DNA from: Diplonema japonicum
Lineage: Eukaryota; Protista; Euglenozoa: Diplonemea
Length of the DNA: 64,000 nucleotides
Direction of reading: 5' to 3'
NCBI GenBank assembly: GCA_964019335.1
Contig: OZ025660.1
Location: 310,001-374,000 of the forward strand
A program made the position numbers and the translations under genes. Under the pieces are notes generated by a model, which was not told where the DNA came from, did no database searches, and worked only from the letters and a program-made list of their open reading frames with translations. Positions within the stretch are counted from its first letter, which is position 1, and every line of letters begins with the position of its first letter. This document shows positions 1 through 10,432 of this stretch, one piece after another.

Positions 1-90
1 AGGGCACGGAAAGCACTTACAAAGGGCTTTCTTCCCGCCCAACTTCTTATCGCCAAAAAAAAAAAAAATCAAAACGATCATTTCTTCTTT

Positions 91-1254
91 TCAGTAAAAG
101 GGTTTGTAGCAAGGCCCCATGGAAGCCCGACGTGACTTTTGAATAGCGGAGGTGAGTTTCAAAGTAGCGAGGTTGGAGGACACGACGGCAAGCTGCCCTT
201 TGTCTCTTTCGTCTAAAGGGACGAACAAGGAGAATGTCTGCGACAAATCAACTGTACGTGTAAAGGACAGAGTCAGGTTATCCACCATCTGAGTGAGCCT
301 CAAGGCAAGCCTGTGGTACGACCAACCTAAATCTCTGTTGAACACATCCTGGCACAGGTACCGTATCAGCATATCGTCATCTTCAGGAGCACCGCCTGAT
401 ACAACTGACGAAAGGCCTTCTGTTTGTACTTTCGACGCGGCGTCATGCTTGTAAGGGGAGTTCTCCCATTGGAGCCCAGGGCCTTCGGAAGATTTGCTCA
501 ATTTACATGGTAGATAATCGAGTCTTGTAGGGTCGTTGGTAACCACAAGTAATCGAACCCCGAGCTTCACACTGTTTAGGGCGTTCACGATATCTATGTC
601 GTTTCTGTTTGATTCCATTTCAGGTGTGAAGCCGAAGTACGCGAACAGGGAAGCTCCCGGACCAGTGTTACGGACTAACCACTTCAAACCAGGGAGAATG
701 TTGTCCCATATTCCTTTAAGCGGGACGATATCCGCCTCGGGGTAGGTCGTTCTGAAGAATTCTTCTACTGAGCTCGGGGGGTTTATAAGAAGAACCTTGT
801 GCAGGGTCTGGTCTGTTGCTGAAAAATTCCGTTTTGAGAATGTAAGTGAGACCGTTTTACCTAGTAGGTATTTTTCTCTGCTTTCGGTGTCGAAAACGCG
901 GTCCGGACCGACCTTGATGAGCTTCATACCTCTGCATAGTCCTTTCCGGATTGCAATGTTGTTTTCTGGGATCACTCCTGTTATTGTGTTGCCGTCCCAT
1001 GTCACGCCAAGAGGGTCCTCGCCTCGAGGGCGTGGGGGCCTTCGAGGGGCTCGTCGGTCGCTGTTGATGTCCTTGTCCCAGACCCACTCAGGGTACCAGT
1101 ACTTGAAGTTTCCTAGTACCTCGTTTTCCCTCCCTTGATACTTCAAAAACAGATCGTCGACTTCGCCAACCTTTTCGGGGTACCTGTCTTCATAAAACTG
1201 CTTGACCTTTCTATAAGCCAGGTCATTGGTTTTCGTCGATTGGTCATACGGCAT
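91..1254 (-). CDS. PDZ-like domain plus catalytically degenerate metacaspase-like protein
   Basis: Likely start MPYDQ at 1254; the upstream ORF extension is poly-T/A low complexity. PDZ-like stretch PLGVTWDGNTITGV...GLCRGMKLIKVG. Metacaspase-like blocks NILPGLKWLV..TGPGASLFAYF, GVRLLVV..., and SY..L...LSFTRTVDLSQTFSL. The HG and DCCHSG catalytic motifs are absent. Confidence 0.6.
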   Translation of the reverse strand: MPYDQSTKTNDLAYRKVKQFYEDRYPEKVGEVDDLFLKYQGRENEVLGNFKYWYPEWVWDKDINSDRRAPRRPPRPRGEDPLGVTWDGNTITGVIPENNIAIRKGLCRGMKLIKVGPDRVFDTESREKYLLGKTVSLTFSKRNFSATDQTLHKVLLINPPSSVEEFFRTTYPEADIVPLKGIWDNILPGLKWLVRNTGPGASLFAYFGFTPEMESNRNDIDIVNALNSVKLGVRLLVVTNDPTRLDYLPCKLSKSSEGPGLQWENSPYKHDAASKVQTEGLSSVVSGGAPEDDDMLIRYLCQDVFNRDLGWSYHRLALRLTQMVDNLTLSFTRTVDLSQTFSLFVPLDERDKGQLAVVSSNLATLKLTSAIQKSRRASMGPCYKPFY

Positions 1255-2213
1255 TTCTATTTTCGCATTTTTTGTTCTCTTTTTTTCTTCCCTCCCTGTG
1301 ACCTGAGTACGAAAAATGGATAACGAAAAGAAGAAAGAAAAAAAAAGAAATAGAACCCGTATATTTCCTCTTCTAGGCAGGAAGTGCCTTTTTTTTTTTT
1401 TTTTTTTCCCTTTTAAGAATTGGGGCTTATCACCATTTTCTGGGTTTTCAGAGGCAAAAATATGGCAAAAAAGCGAGAAAAAAAGAAAGAAGGAATAAAA
1501 AAAAAAAAGAGAAGGGGAAAACAAAAAAAAAAATAAAAGTACAAATCAAAAAAGTTTTTTTTTTTATATTCCACATTTTTTTCATGATGCAAATGTTATA
1601 AAAAGAATGGAGAAGGGAAAAAAAAATAGGAAGAGAACGAAAGAGAAGAAGGATAAAAAGAAAGTGGGGAGGGGGAAAGCGGGAAAAATACGTAATAATA
1701 AGAGTTCTTGTCTCTTTTTTTTTTTTAAAATGCCCCACGGTAATCTTTTCCGTTTACATACAAAACAAAAAAATCCGTTTTGAAGAAAACGAGGAAAAGG
1801 ACTAACGCGCACTTTTTTCTTTCTCGCTTTTTTTTTTTTTCTCTTTTTTTTTTCCCTTTAAACTGCCACACCTTCTAACCCAATTCAATCAAAGAAAAGG
1901 TGACTTTCAAATAAATTAAAATATTATGAACGTTTTTTTTTTTTTTTTTTTTTTTTGAGAAAAAAAAATGGTAAAAAAGAAATAATTATCACATGCACAA
2001 AAGCCCAAATAACGGGGTTACCCGTGCAAAGCACTGGGACCCACTGCGAGACTTCTCTTTTAACACAAGACGCATAAAAAAAAACGGAATAAGTTTTTAA
2101 AAATTTGAGAAAATATAAAAATAAAAAACTTAGTAGTCAGCAAACTTCTATGTGGTTTTTGTGGTGTTGATGCGGCAGGGGCTTTCTTCTTTCTTTTTCT
2201 TCCATCTCAAATT

Positions 2214-3926
2214 TCACGCAATGTTGAACTTCTGGCAGAGAGCCTCAGTGGTGATGGACTTGGGGCGCTCGATGGGCTTGCCGAGGGCACGGTCCCACAC
2301 AAGGGCGGACAGCACACCAATGCAACGGGACACACCTGTGGGAAAAAAAAAAAAAAAAATACTTTTTTTTTCGCGAAAACACACCGAAGAGCACAGTGTA
2401 GTACTGGGACTCCTTGAGGCCGTAGTGCTGGAGGAGCACACCAGAGTGCGCGTCGACGTTGGGCCACGGGTTCTTGGTCTTCCCGTGCTCAGTCAGGATG
2501 CCGGGGGTGATCTGGTTTTGTTTTTATTATTTTATTATCTTTTCTTTCTTTTTTTTTTTTTTTTTTTTTTTTTTTCATGCTCTTGTACCTTGTACACAGT
2601 GTCCACGAACTTGAAGAGCTCGTCGTCGGGGAAGTTGCGCTTGCAGAACTCCCTCTGGCAGGTGTACCTGGGGTCGGTCTTCCTGAGGACAGCGTGGCCG
2701 TACCCAGGCACCACACGCTTCTGGTTCAGGAGGTCCCAGATGCACTCCGTCAGCACCTTCTCAAGCTCGGCGCCGTCCTTTGCGGCACTGCGCTCCGCCA
2801 CCTTGTTGGTTGGTTTTTTTGTTTTTTTTTTTTTTTTTTTTTTTTGTTTTCTTTTCTTTTTTTTGTACAATACCTTGCCCTGAAGCTCACGGAGGAACAG
2901 AAGCACTTCCTGGTTGGCAAGGCCGTGGAGGGGCCCCGCAAGACCGTTCATCCCGGCGCTGCACGACAGGTAGGGGTCGCTCAGGGCGCTCCCCACAAGG
3001 GTCGTCGCGTGTGCGGACACGTTCCCACCCTCGTGGTCGGTGTGGATGGAGAGGTACAGTCTCATGCAGTCGGCGAACTCTGCCGACTCGAATCCAAGCT
3101 GCTTCGTGAAGTTCGCGGACAGGTCGAGGCTGGGGTCACGCGCAATCACCTGAAAACGTTGGGGGTTATGTGGTTTTCTTTTTTTTTTTTTTCCTTCCCC
3201 CCTTCTTCTCACACCTCAGACCCACCGTGGAAGCTCCTCTTGTAGATCTGAGCGGCAACCTGGGGGACACGGGCAATAAGGTCGAGAGAGTCGTCAAGAG
3301 CGTACTCCCAGTAGTTGGCCTTGGTGGCGGCACCGGTGGCGTACCCCTTCGCGAACTTGCTGGCGTGTCCGAGGGTCAGGATCGCAGTCGAGAGCTGGAG
3401 CATGGGGTGCATGTCGGTGGGGAGGGAGTCAAGGGTCTTCGTCACCTGTTTGTTGTGTGTTGTGATGTGATGTGATGTGATGTGATGTTGTGGTTTCTCT
3501 TCTTCTTTTCATTACCTGATCAGTGATAGCATCGTTAGTGGCACGGTGGTGGAACTCCTCCATCATCATCTTGTGCTGGGCCTCGGTGGGGGCCTCACCG
3601 GTGAGGAGAAGCCACCACATAGCCTCGGGGGTAGGCTCCTGCCCGCCGTTCGCGGAAGGGAGCTTCTCCTGGCACTCAGGGATGCTGAGGCCACGGAACC
3701 TGATCCCTTCAACGGGGTCCAGGAGAGAGGGCTCGTAGGTGAGCCCGGTGATCCCACGCATCCCACCGTACGCCGCCTCCACAGTGGCGGGGCCAAGCGA
3801 GGTCGCCCCCTCGGCTGCCTTCAGCTTCTTGATCAGCTCCTGCTGCTGGGGGATCTTCTCCTTCAGGATCCTCCTCAGCTCCGCAGAGGCCTCGCTGTAC
3901 ATCCTACGCTGGGTGGTGCGCATCAT
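2214..3926 (-). CDS. CS: Mitochondrial-type citrate synthase, copy 1 (6 exons; introns 3446-3515, 3150-3214, 2802-2873, 2512-2588, 2336-2384)
   Basis: Motifs [62 protein letters not shown] and YTVLFGVSR. The GT-AG introns restore the frame. Short Arg-rich N-terminus. Confidence 0.97.
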
Positions 3927-4330
3927 CTTCGAATACTGTTAATAACCTGTGGTGAGGGGGGGGTACTAAAGAGAGAGTCTTTTACTTTTGATACCATGCA
4001 AAATAAAAAAAAGCAAAAAAAAACCGATCTTTTTAACGTCAAGGTCACACAAGAAGCTAAATGCGGTCCATGAAAAAAAATATGAAGAGAGAAAAGAGAG
4101 AGGGAGAGGGAAGAGAAGGGGTGTGTGTAAAACGTGTTCTTTAAGAATCCGCAACAACGGACCCGACACAGTCAACCAGATCAAAGGGTGTTTACCAATA
4201 AAAGAGTGCCGCAAAAAAAGAGGAACTGGCCGTTGTTTGTACGTGCCGGGTAAAACCTGGAGAAGTTTGTCAACCCAAAACACGTTGCCAACGTTCCCCT
4301 TTTGTTTAGACAAGTCAAAGGCTCGTTCTT

Positions 4331-4366
<36 letters not shown>

Positions 4367-4750
4367 GAACTCTCAATTAAAAAGAAGAGAGGGAGACAGA
4401 GAGAGAGAGTCGGTTGATTTCTTGATTTTTTGTGCAAAATCCGTTTTCACCTACAGCAGGGTAAATGGACAAGCTGCCTATACTCTTTTTTCTGCCCCGT
4501 GGGTTGACTAAAAAAAAAAAAAACTAGTTTGGCGCTCCATTTGTTTGTGCGCACGAGCGGAATTTTACCTAATAAAATAGCTCATTACGCTGCCATCAAC
4601 TAGTTTTTAGTCTCGACAATAATATTGTTAAAACAAAAAAAATGCGAGTTATTCTTTGTTTGTGCGTAACAGTTACATTTCTTTTTTACCCCTAAATCAA
4701 AGATCACTTTTGTGATAACCAACGCAATAACCTGCTGAGTATTCTTTTTC

Positions 4751-6728
4751 TTACTTTTCTTCTTTGTCTTTTTCCTTTTCTTTTTCTTTTTGATCAAGAA
4801 ACACAAACAACGATCTCTCTTCAACAGATTGATCGGCGTAAAGGGCATCATGCATCGCGATGCCGACAGGGTGGTGCGGCTCAAGAAGTCCTTCGTCATA
4901 TGAAGGAGAACAACTAAACGGATCTTTAACAACCTCATAGGTATCCAGCTCAATCTCTCCATCCTCTAGGTACTCGAAACAGCCTGCGTTACTATAATCA
5001 CAATTATAAATGTAACCCGAACCAGACATGCGCTTGCACCATTCCTTGATGACAGGCAATGTGTCGTTCGGCATGTTCGGACTGCTTCTTTCCGGCTTTC
5101 TCGCAGGAAGACCATATAAGTACCCCAGGCCGACAAGTACTATTTGTCGACAAGGACTATACAGAGCACCATCATCATCTTCTGGGGCAAATTCCTTCCA
5201 CAACAAATCTTCGTTTTTATACCACACATAATCGCAGTTTTCATCAATTGAGTAGAACTGGTACTTCCTGTAATGCACCGTCACTAATTTGTCTTCGATC
5301 ACAGCCTTCTCAAGAACACCCTTCAAGATACCACCATCGTTGCCGGGAGAGTACCACCGGGGCACGGTGAGGTTGTCCATGAAGGGCGAGCCATGACTCA
5401 TGTCCTTCAGAGCAGGATAGTATTCTTGGAACATGGTAAAGTCAGGGTGGCTGAGCTCGTCTACGATCCTGCCAGGGGGTGAAGGGGATTTGTGGAGACG
5501 CGTTTTGGGTGCCTTCTCAACAACGACAGAGGAGGGGGTAAGGAAAGGGAAGTCAGCATCCTTAATGTGGCGAGGGGTCCACGAGTTGCGGCCAGGGTAG
5601 TAGAGGGCAAGGGTGTCCGGAGGGGTGAAGAAGTCAACAACAGAAAACCCTCTCTTGCAGTACTTCACCAGCCTCTTGCTGTACGAATTAGAACCTCGGA
5701 TCCTCAGGGACCTGTTGTTCGGGGCGGAGATGCGGTGGTTGAAGGCCAGGCGGGCTCGAGGAGTCGCGTACACCGCATGTCCATCGAACCCGACCGCACT
5801 GCAGTCCACATCGCAGGTGCTGAGGATGTGGTCCACAGACGCCCAAGGAGAGGTGATCACCTGGATGTTCCTGTAAGGCTTCCCGAACCCCATCGTGATG
5901 GTGCAGGGTGTCCGCATGGTCGCACACTCCCCCTTCGCCACCTTCATGAAGTGCTTCCGAAGCTCAGCGATCCTCCGTCCCGCCTCCTCCTTGTCGTAGA
6001 TCCCGTACAGGTACACATCCACATCGCTCTCCTCGAACCCCTCGTTCCTCCCCATCAACGACGACACAATGCTCCCCCCGATCACCACAATGTTGCTCCA
6101 GTCCACCCCTTCGAACAACCCCCCCGTCATCTCCTTGAACCTCCTCTTGAACTCCTCCAGGTCCACCACGCTGTGCCCCTCCCCCATCACCCCGTTCATG
6201 CAGGGGACCAGTGTGTTGTAACCCTTACCCGATGACTCTCCTTCAGGTCCCTCGTCCCTCGCGTCCCCCTCCCTCGCCCTCCCCAGTCTCACCTCCCCCA
6301 GCACAGGACCCTCCACAGGGAGCTCCTGCAGCTGGAAGGTGTCGTAGTTCTCGTGGACGTTGATGAGGTGTGATGGTGGTGGTGTGCTGTCATTTGCTGT
6401 CACCTCTTCGGCTTCCTTCTGAGAGGATTCGTTGTTGGTGGCTACAAAGCAATCGCGCGGTTTGCGGCCCTTCAGGAAATCAGGTATGTCATCGTCGAAT
6501 GGCTCGCTGTTGCCAACAACACTCTTCACCAGCTCAACACTACTGTCTTCAACAACAGCTAGCTTGCTCGGGAGAAAGACATCATTCGTGGCAGGGCAGT
6601 GTGACGCCCCACCTTTTCCGGTGGCTTCTGGTTTAATTATCTGCTCCTGTTGATGAGGCTCCTCCTTCAAGGCTTTCTTGGCCCCTATGGAAGCCTCACT
6701 GCATAGCCTGCGCTGGATGTTCCTCATG
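4751..6728 (-). CDS. Uncharacterised nucleotidyltransferase-fold protein, paralog A
   Basis: Intronless ORF with first ATG at 6728. VVIGGSI...SDVDVYL fits the hG[GS]...DxD motif, followed by DVDCS and SY.KRL.KY..RGF. Core 5502-6369 is shared with paralogs B and C. Confidence 0.75.
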
Positions 6729-6799
6729 TAATAAATATCCAATCCTTTGAGGGGGGGGGGGGGGGGGGGGGGTTTGCTCGTTCATTCTCTTTTAATTTA

Positions 6800-7632
6800 T
6801 ACTACCCGGGTTTGCGATTACTATGTACTGTGTTTTATGAAAGTCCCCCAAGTAAAAAAAACCGAAAGAGTACATAACCATAACCTTCGCGGTATAATAC
6901 ATAAATGCGGTAGTACATTTACAAAATAGGAAGAATCCTCAGGAAAAATATCCCCTTAATCTCCATGTCAGTGAAGACCTGGGCTGTTGTTTTTTGCATC
7001 CACCACTTAACGTCATAGCTAAGCTACGCGAGCGATCCCGCGAGATTGCCCATGGTGGGGGTGGGAGGAAGAGCCTGCACCGAAAGAAGTGGCCGGTCGC
7101 CCGCCCACCCTCACAAGTGAGGCAGGCAGGCTGCTCCGGGAAGCAGCGTCTCTTCCGTGAGAAGACGGCTGCTGCGATTACCGCAGTCGTTGGTCTTTAA
7201 TTGTGACCAGACCGCCTTGTGCTTTACTCCGCCCATGTCGCGCACCCTCGCACCTCGCGGTGCGAAACGGTTCTCTCTCGTGGGATGGGGACACTTGCGC
7301 AGCCCCTTTTCTTTTTAATCATCCATCCACAGAGGGATTACGTTCGTACCAGGGGGCCTTCTACGGGCGAGGCCATACCCTGTCAGCTAATTTTTGCTGG
7401 CACCACAAACAGGGTCATCCCCATTGAAAGCCACTGACTGGGATTTTTTATTTTTAGGGATATTTCTGGGATTTCTTTTATTTTTGTAAATTTTATGTTC
7501 TGTTTTAATGGGTGTTCTGTAAATATTATGTACCTTTTTCGATTTTTTTGCCCAATTTAGGACTTTTCACAATCACAAATCCGGTAATCTTCGCGGTACA
7601 TAAATAACCCCAATCCGGAAAGTTTCGTAGTA
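6800..7632. mobile_element. Degenerate non-autonomous TIR element
   Basis: Ends TACTAC...GTAGTA. Arms at about 6800-6972 and 7432-7632 are imperfect reverse complements (gtcagtg/cactgac, atatccc/gggatat, tttacaaaat/atttttgtaaa, aaagtcc/ggacttt). No transposase ORF. Confidence 0.55.
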
Positions 7633-7937
7633 CGTAATAAAATGCAGAATGTAATCGAAAAGATCTTTTAAAACTACCGTGACATGAGAAAGGATAGAGT
7701 GACCGTCAACAGGCAGAAGGAAACTAATAATCGAAGAGAAACTAGCGAGAAGGAAAGAAAGAATCAACGACGTATTGACGACATGCACCAGGTAAGGTGG
7801 CGCATGACGCATCGAGCTAGGGTTGAGAGGAAGAAGAAATCTAGCAAAGATAATTAAAAAAGTGATAGTTGGGTGGTGGTAATCTTTTTCAGCAACTTGG
7901 GCGTGAAAACAACAATGTGACCGGGGGGGGGGGGGGA

Positions 7938-10052
7938 TTAAAAATCAGCATCGACTGTAACTTTCCCGGCACGTCTTTTAACTTTTGATCGCAGCTTGTC
8001 CTCACGGCGCTTCGCAATAATTTTCACATTACTTCTCTCCTTGGTCGGCTTCGATGAGGCAGCAGGGATGCTCTGGCAAGTAATTCCCGTGAAGTCCCTC
8101 ACCGCTGACTTGGTCAAAGAAGCCGGTTTCGGCAGGCTCGAGTCTAAGCCAAAGGCGAGCTCAAGGTCAGCTTGAGCTTCGACAAGCTTATCTGCAAGAA
8201 GAGCAGTCTCTACCGCGCTGCCCACAGGGTGGCTGTGATCTAAAAGCTGACCTGCATTGTACTTCTCTCCACAGTAAGGGTCTTTGATAGGCTCGAAGTT
8301 GTCCAACGTGATGTGCCCAGTGCTGAGGTACGAGAAGCCCGGGTTGTTCGGATGCGCCGTGCGTGTCGGTGGGCCGTACCCACTGCTCGTGAACAAGTAT
8401 TTACAGCTTGCTATTTTCCTGCACCATGCCTTGATGACAGGCAATGTGCTGTTCGGCATAGACATGTCCATGGTTGGGGACGTCATTCCCGTTTTCTCTG
8501 GTGTCATGTCACAGAATGACATCACGATTCTCGTTACGTCATCACCCACACCCCACTTCCCCGCGCAATGCAGGCCCAAGCACATCTTCCTGAAATGCCC
8601 GAAATCATTGATGTACTGAAGACCGTGAAACACCGTCTTCTGTACAGGCGTCTGTGTGTTGTTATCCTCTATCACGGGAATGATGGGCTCCTTCAGCAGC
8701 AGGTCATGGTTGCAGTACAGTTCAACGCCCTTGTCGCCGATGGAGTAAAAGGGTAGCACGGTGTACTTCACAGTAAGTGTTTTGAATTTGTATCTATCGT
8801 CCGAGTTGAGGGTTTTCAAAGAAATGGTGGCGCCGTCCAGACTTATCTTCTCAATGCTAACGGGGGTGGTGAAAGTCTTGGCTCCTTTCATTCGTTTCAC
8901 CACCTCAGTATAGTATGCTGTGACAGTGCGCTTCTTGTGCGATGACTTCAAGTGTTCCTGGTAGTTGCTTACAACAACGGTTGCTCCGCACCCGCACTTC
9001 ACACGCCATGCTCCGATGTTGCTATAAGTGTTGAAGAGGGCACTGATGGCTACATTACTGTCCCTGATATAAGGGAGAAGCTGCAGGACACCGTACCCTT
9101 CGTTTCCCTGGTATTTCTTCAGAACAGTGGCCGGGCGCGTATCTGATTTGTGGAGGAATGTTTTGGGTGCCTTCTCAACAACGACAGAGGAGGGGGTAAG
9201 GAAAGGGAAGTCAGCATCCTTAATGTGGCGAGGGGTCCACGAGTTGCGGCCAGGGTAGTAGAGGGCAAGGGTGTCCGGAGGGGTGAAGAAGTCAACAACA
9301 GAAAACCCTCTCTTGCAGTACTTCACCAGCCTCTTGCTGTACGAATTAGAACCTCGGATCCTCAGGGACCTGTTGTTCGGGGCGGAGATGCGGTGGTTGA
9401 AGGCCAGGCGGGCTCGAGGAGTCGCGTACACCGCATGTCCATCGAACCCGACCGCACTGCAGTCCACATCGCAGGTGCTGAGGATGTGGTCCACAGACGC
9501 CCAAGGAGAGGTGATCACCTGGATGTTCCTGTAAGGCTTCCCGAACCCCATCGTGATGGTGCAGGGTGTCCGCATGGTCGCACACTCCCCCTTCGCCACC
9601 TTCATGAAGTGCTTCCGAAGCTCAGCGATCCTCCGTCCCGCCTCCTCCTTGTCGTAGATCCCGTACAGGTACACATCCACATCGCTCTCCTCGAACCCCT
9701 CGTTCCTCCCCATCAACGACGACACAATGCTCCCCCCGATCACCACAATGTTGCTCCAGTCCACCCCTTCGAACAACCCCCCCGTCATCTCCTTGAACCT
9801 CCTCTTGAACTCCTCCAGGTCCACCACGCTGTGCCCCTCCCCCATCACCCCGTTCATGCAGGGGACCAGTGTGTTGTAACCCTTACCCGATGACTCTCCT
9901 TCAGGTCCCTCGTCCCTCGCGTCCCCCTCCCTCGCCCTCCCCAGTCTCACCTCCCCCAGCACAGGACCCTCCACAGGGAGCTCCTGCAGCTGGAAGGTGT
10001 CATAGTTCTCGTGGACGTTGATGAGGTATGTTGTGCTGTCATTTGCTGCCAT
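7938..10052 (-). CDS. Uncharacterised nucleotidyltransferase-fold protein, paralog B
   Basis: 704-aa intronless ORF. Core 9160-10027 matches A and C. Distinct C-terminus with a CGCG...HLKSSH putative Zn site. Confidence 0.8.
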   Translation of the reverse strand: MAANDSTTYLINVHENYDTFQLQELPVEGPVLGEVRLGRAREGDARDEGPEGESSGKGYNTLVPCMNGVMGEGHSVVDLEEFKRRFKEMTGGLFEGVDWSNIVVIGGSIVSSLMGRNEGFEESDVDVYLYGIYDKEEAGRRIAELRKHFMKVAKGECATMRTPCTITMGFGKPYRNIQVITSPWASVDHILSTCDVDCSAVGFDGHAVYATPRARLAFNHRISAPNNRSLRIRGSNSYSKRLVKYCKRGFSVVDFFTPPDTLALYYPGRNSWTPRHIKDADFPFLTPSSVVVEKAPKTFLHKSDTRPATVLKKYQGNEGYGVLQLLPYIRDSNVAISALFNTYSNIGAWRVKCGCGATVVVSNYQEHLKSSHKKRTVTAYYTEVVKRMKGAKTFTTPVSIEKISLDGATISLKTLNSDDRYKFKTLTVKYTVLPFYSIGDKGVELYCNHDLLLKEPIIPVIEDNNTQTPVQKTVFHGLQYINDFGHFRKMCLGLHCAGKWGVGDDVTRIVMSFCDMTPEKTGMTSPTMDMSMPNSTLPVIKAWCRKIASCKYLFTSSGYGPPTRTAHPNNPGFSYLSTGHITLDNFEPIKDPYCGEKYNAGQLLDHSHPVGSAVETALLADKLVEAQADLELAFGLDSSLPKPASLTKSAVRDFTGITCQSIPAASSKPTKERSNVKIIAKRREDKLRSKVKRRAGKVTVDADF

Positions 10053-10432
10053 TTCTTTTTTTAAACGTGTATAAACCTAATGACGTTAGATGCAGTGCAC
10101 GCCGCTAAAGTGCCTTATCGAGCCCCGTGCCCCACGAAGAAAAAAAAATCTTTTTTAAATTCCACTACCGACTTGCTAGGCCGCTGCCACTTTGCTACGT
10201 CGGCGGGTTAGTCGGTTGCTGCAGTGGGTTTGGTGTGTAGGTTTTCGGTCTCTTCAAAGAATAGGATCGCTTTTCGGGGGTCTTTCCCAAGGATGTGTAA
10301 CGTCAGGATGTCGAAGTGTTTAAATAGGATAACGTGAGGGAACATTTCGCGAAAATGAAAGCTTAATGAGATAAAGTTACATCACGAAAGGCTCCCTCAA
10401 CTGCGACCGGCTGATTTAAAGTATGAAACATG

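Noticed and set aside
2535-3212. Poly-Lys insertion in the citrate synthase ORF
   Set aside because: Read-through of a 72-nt in-frame A-rich GT-AG intron (2802-2873).
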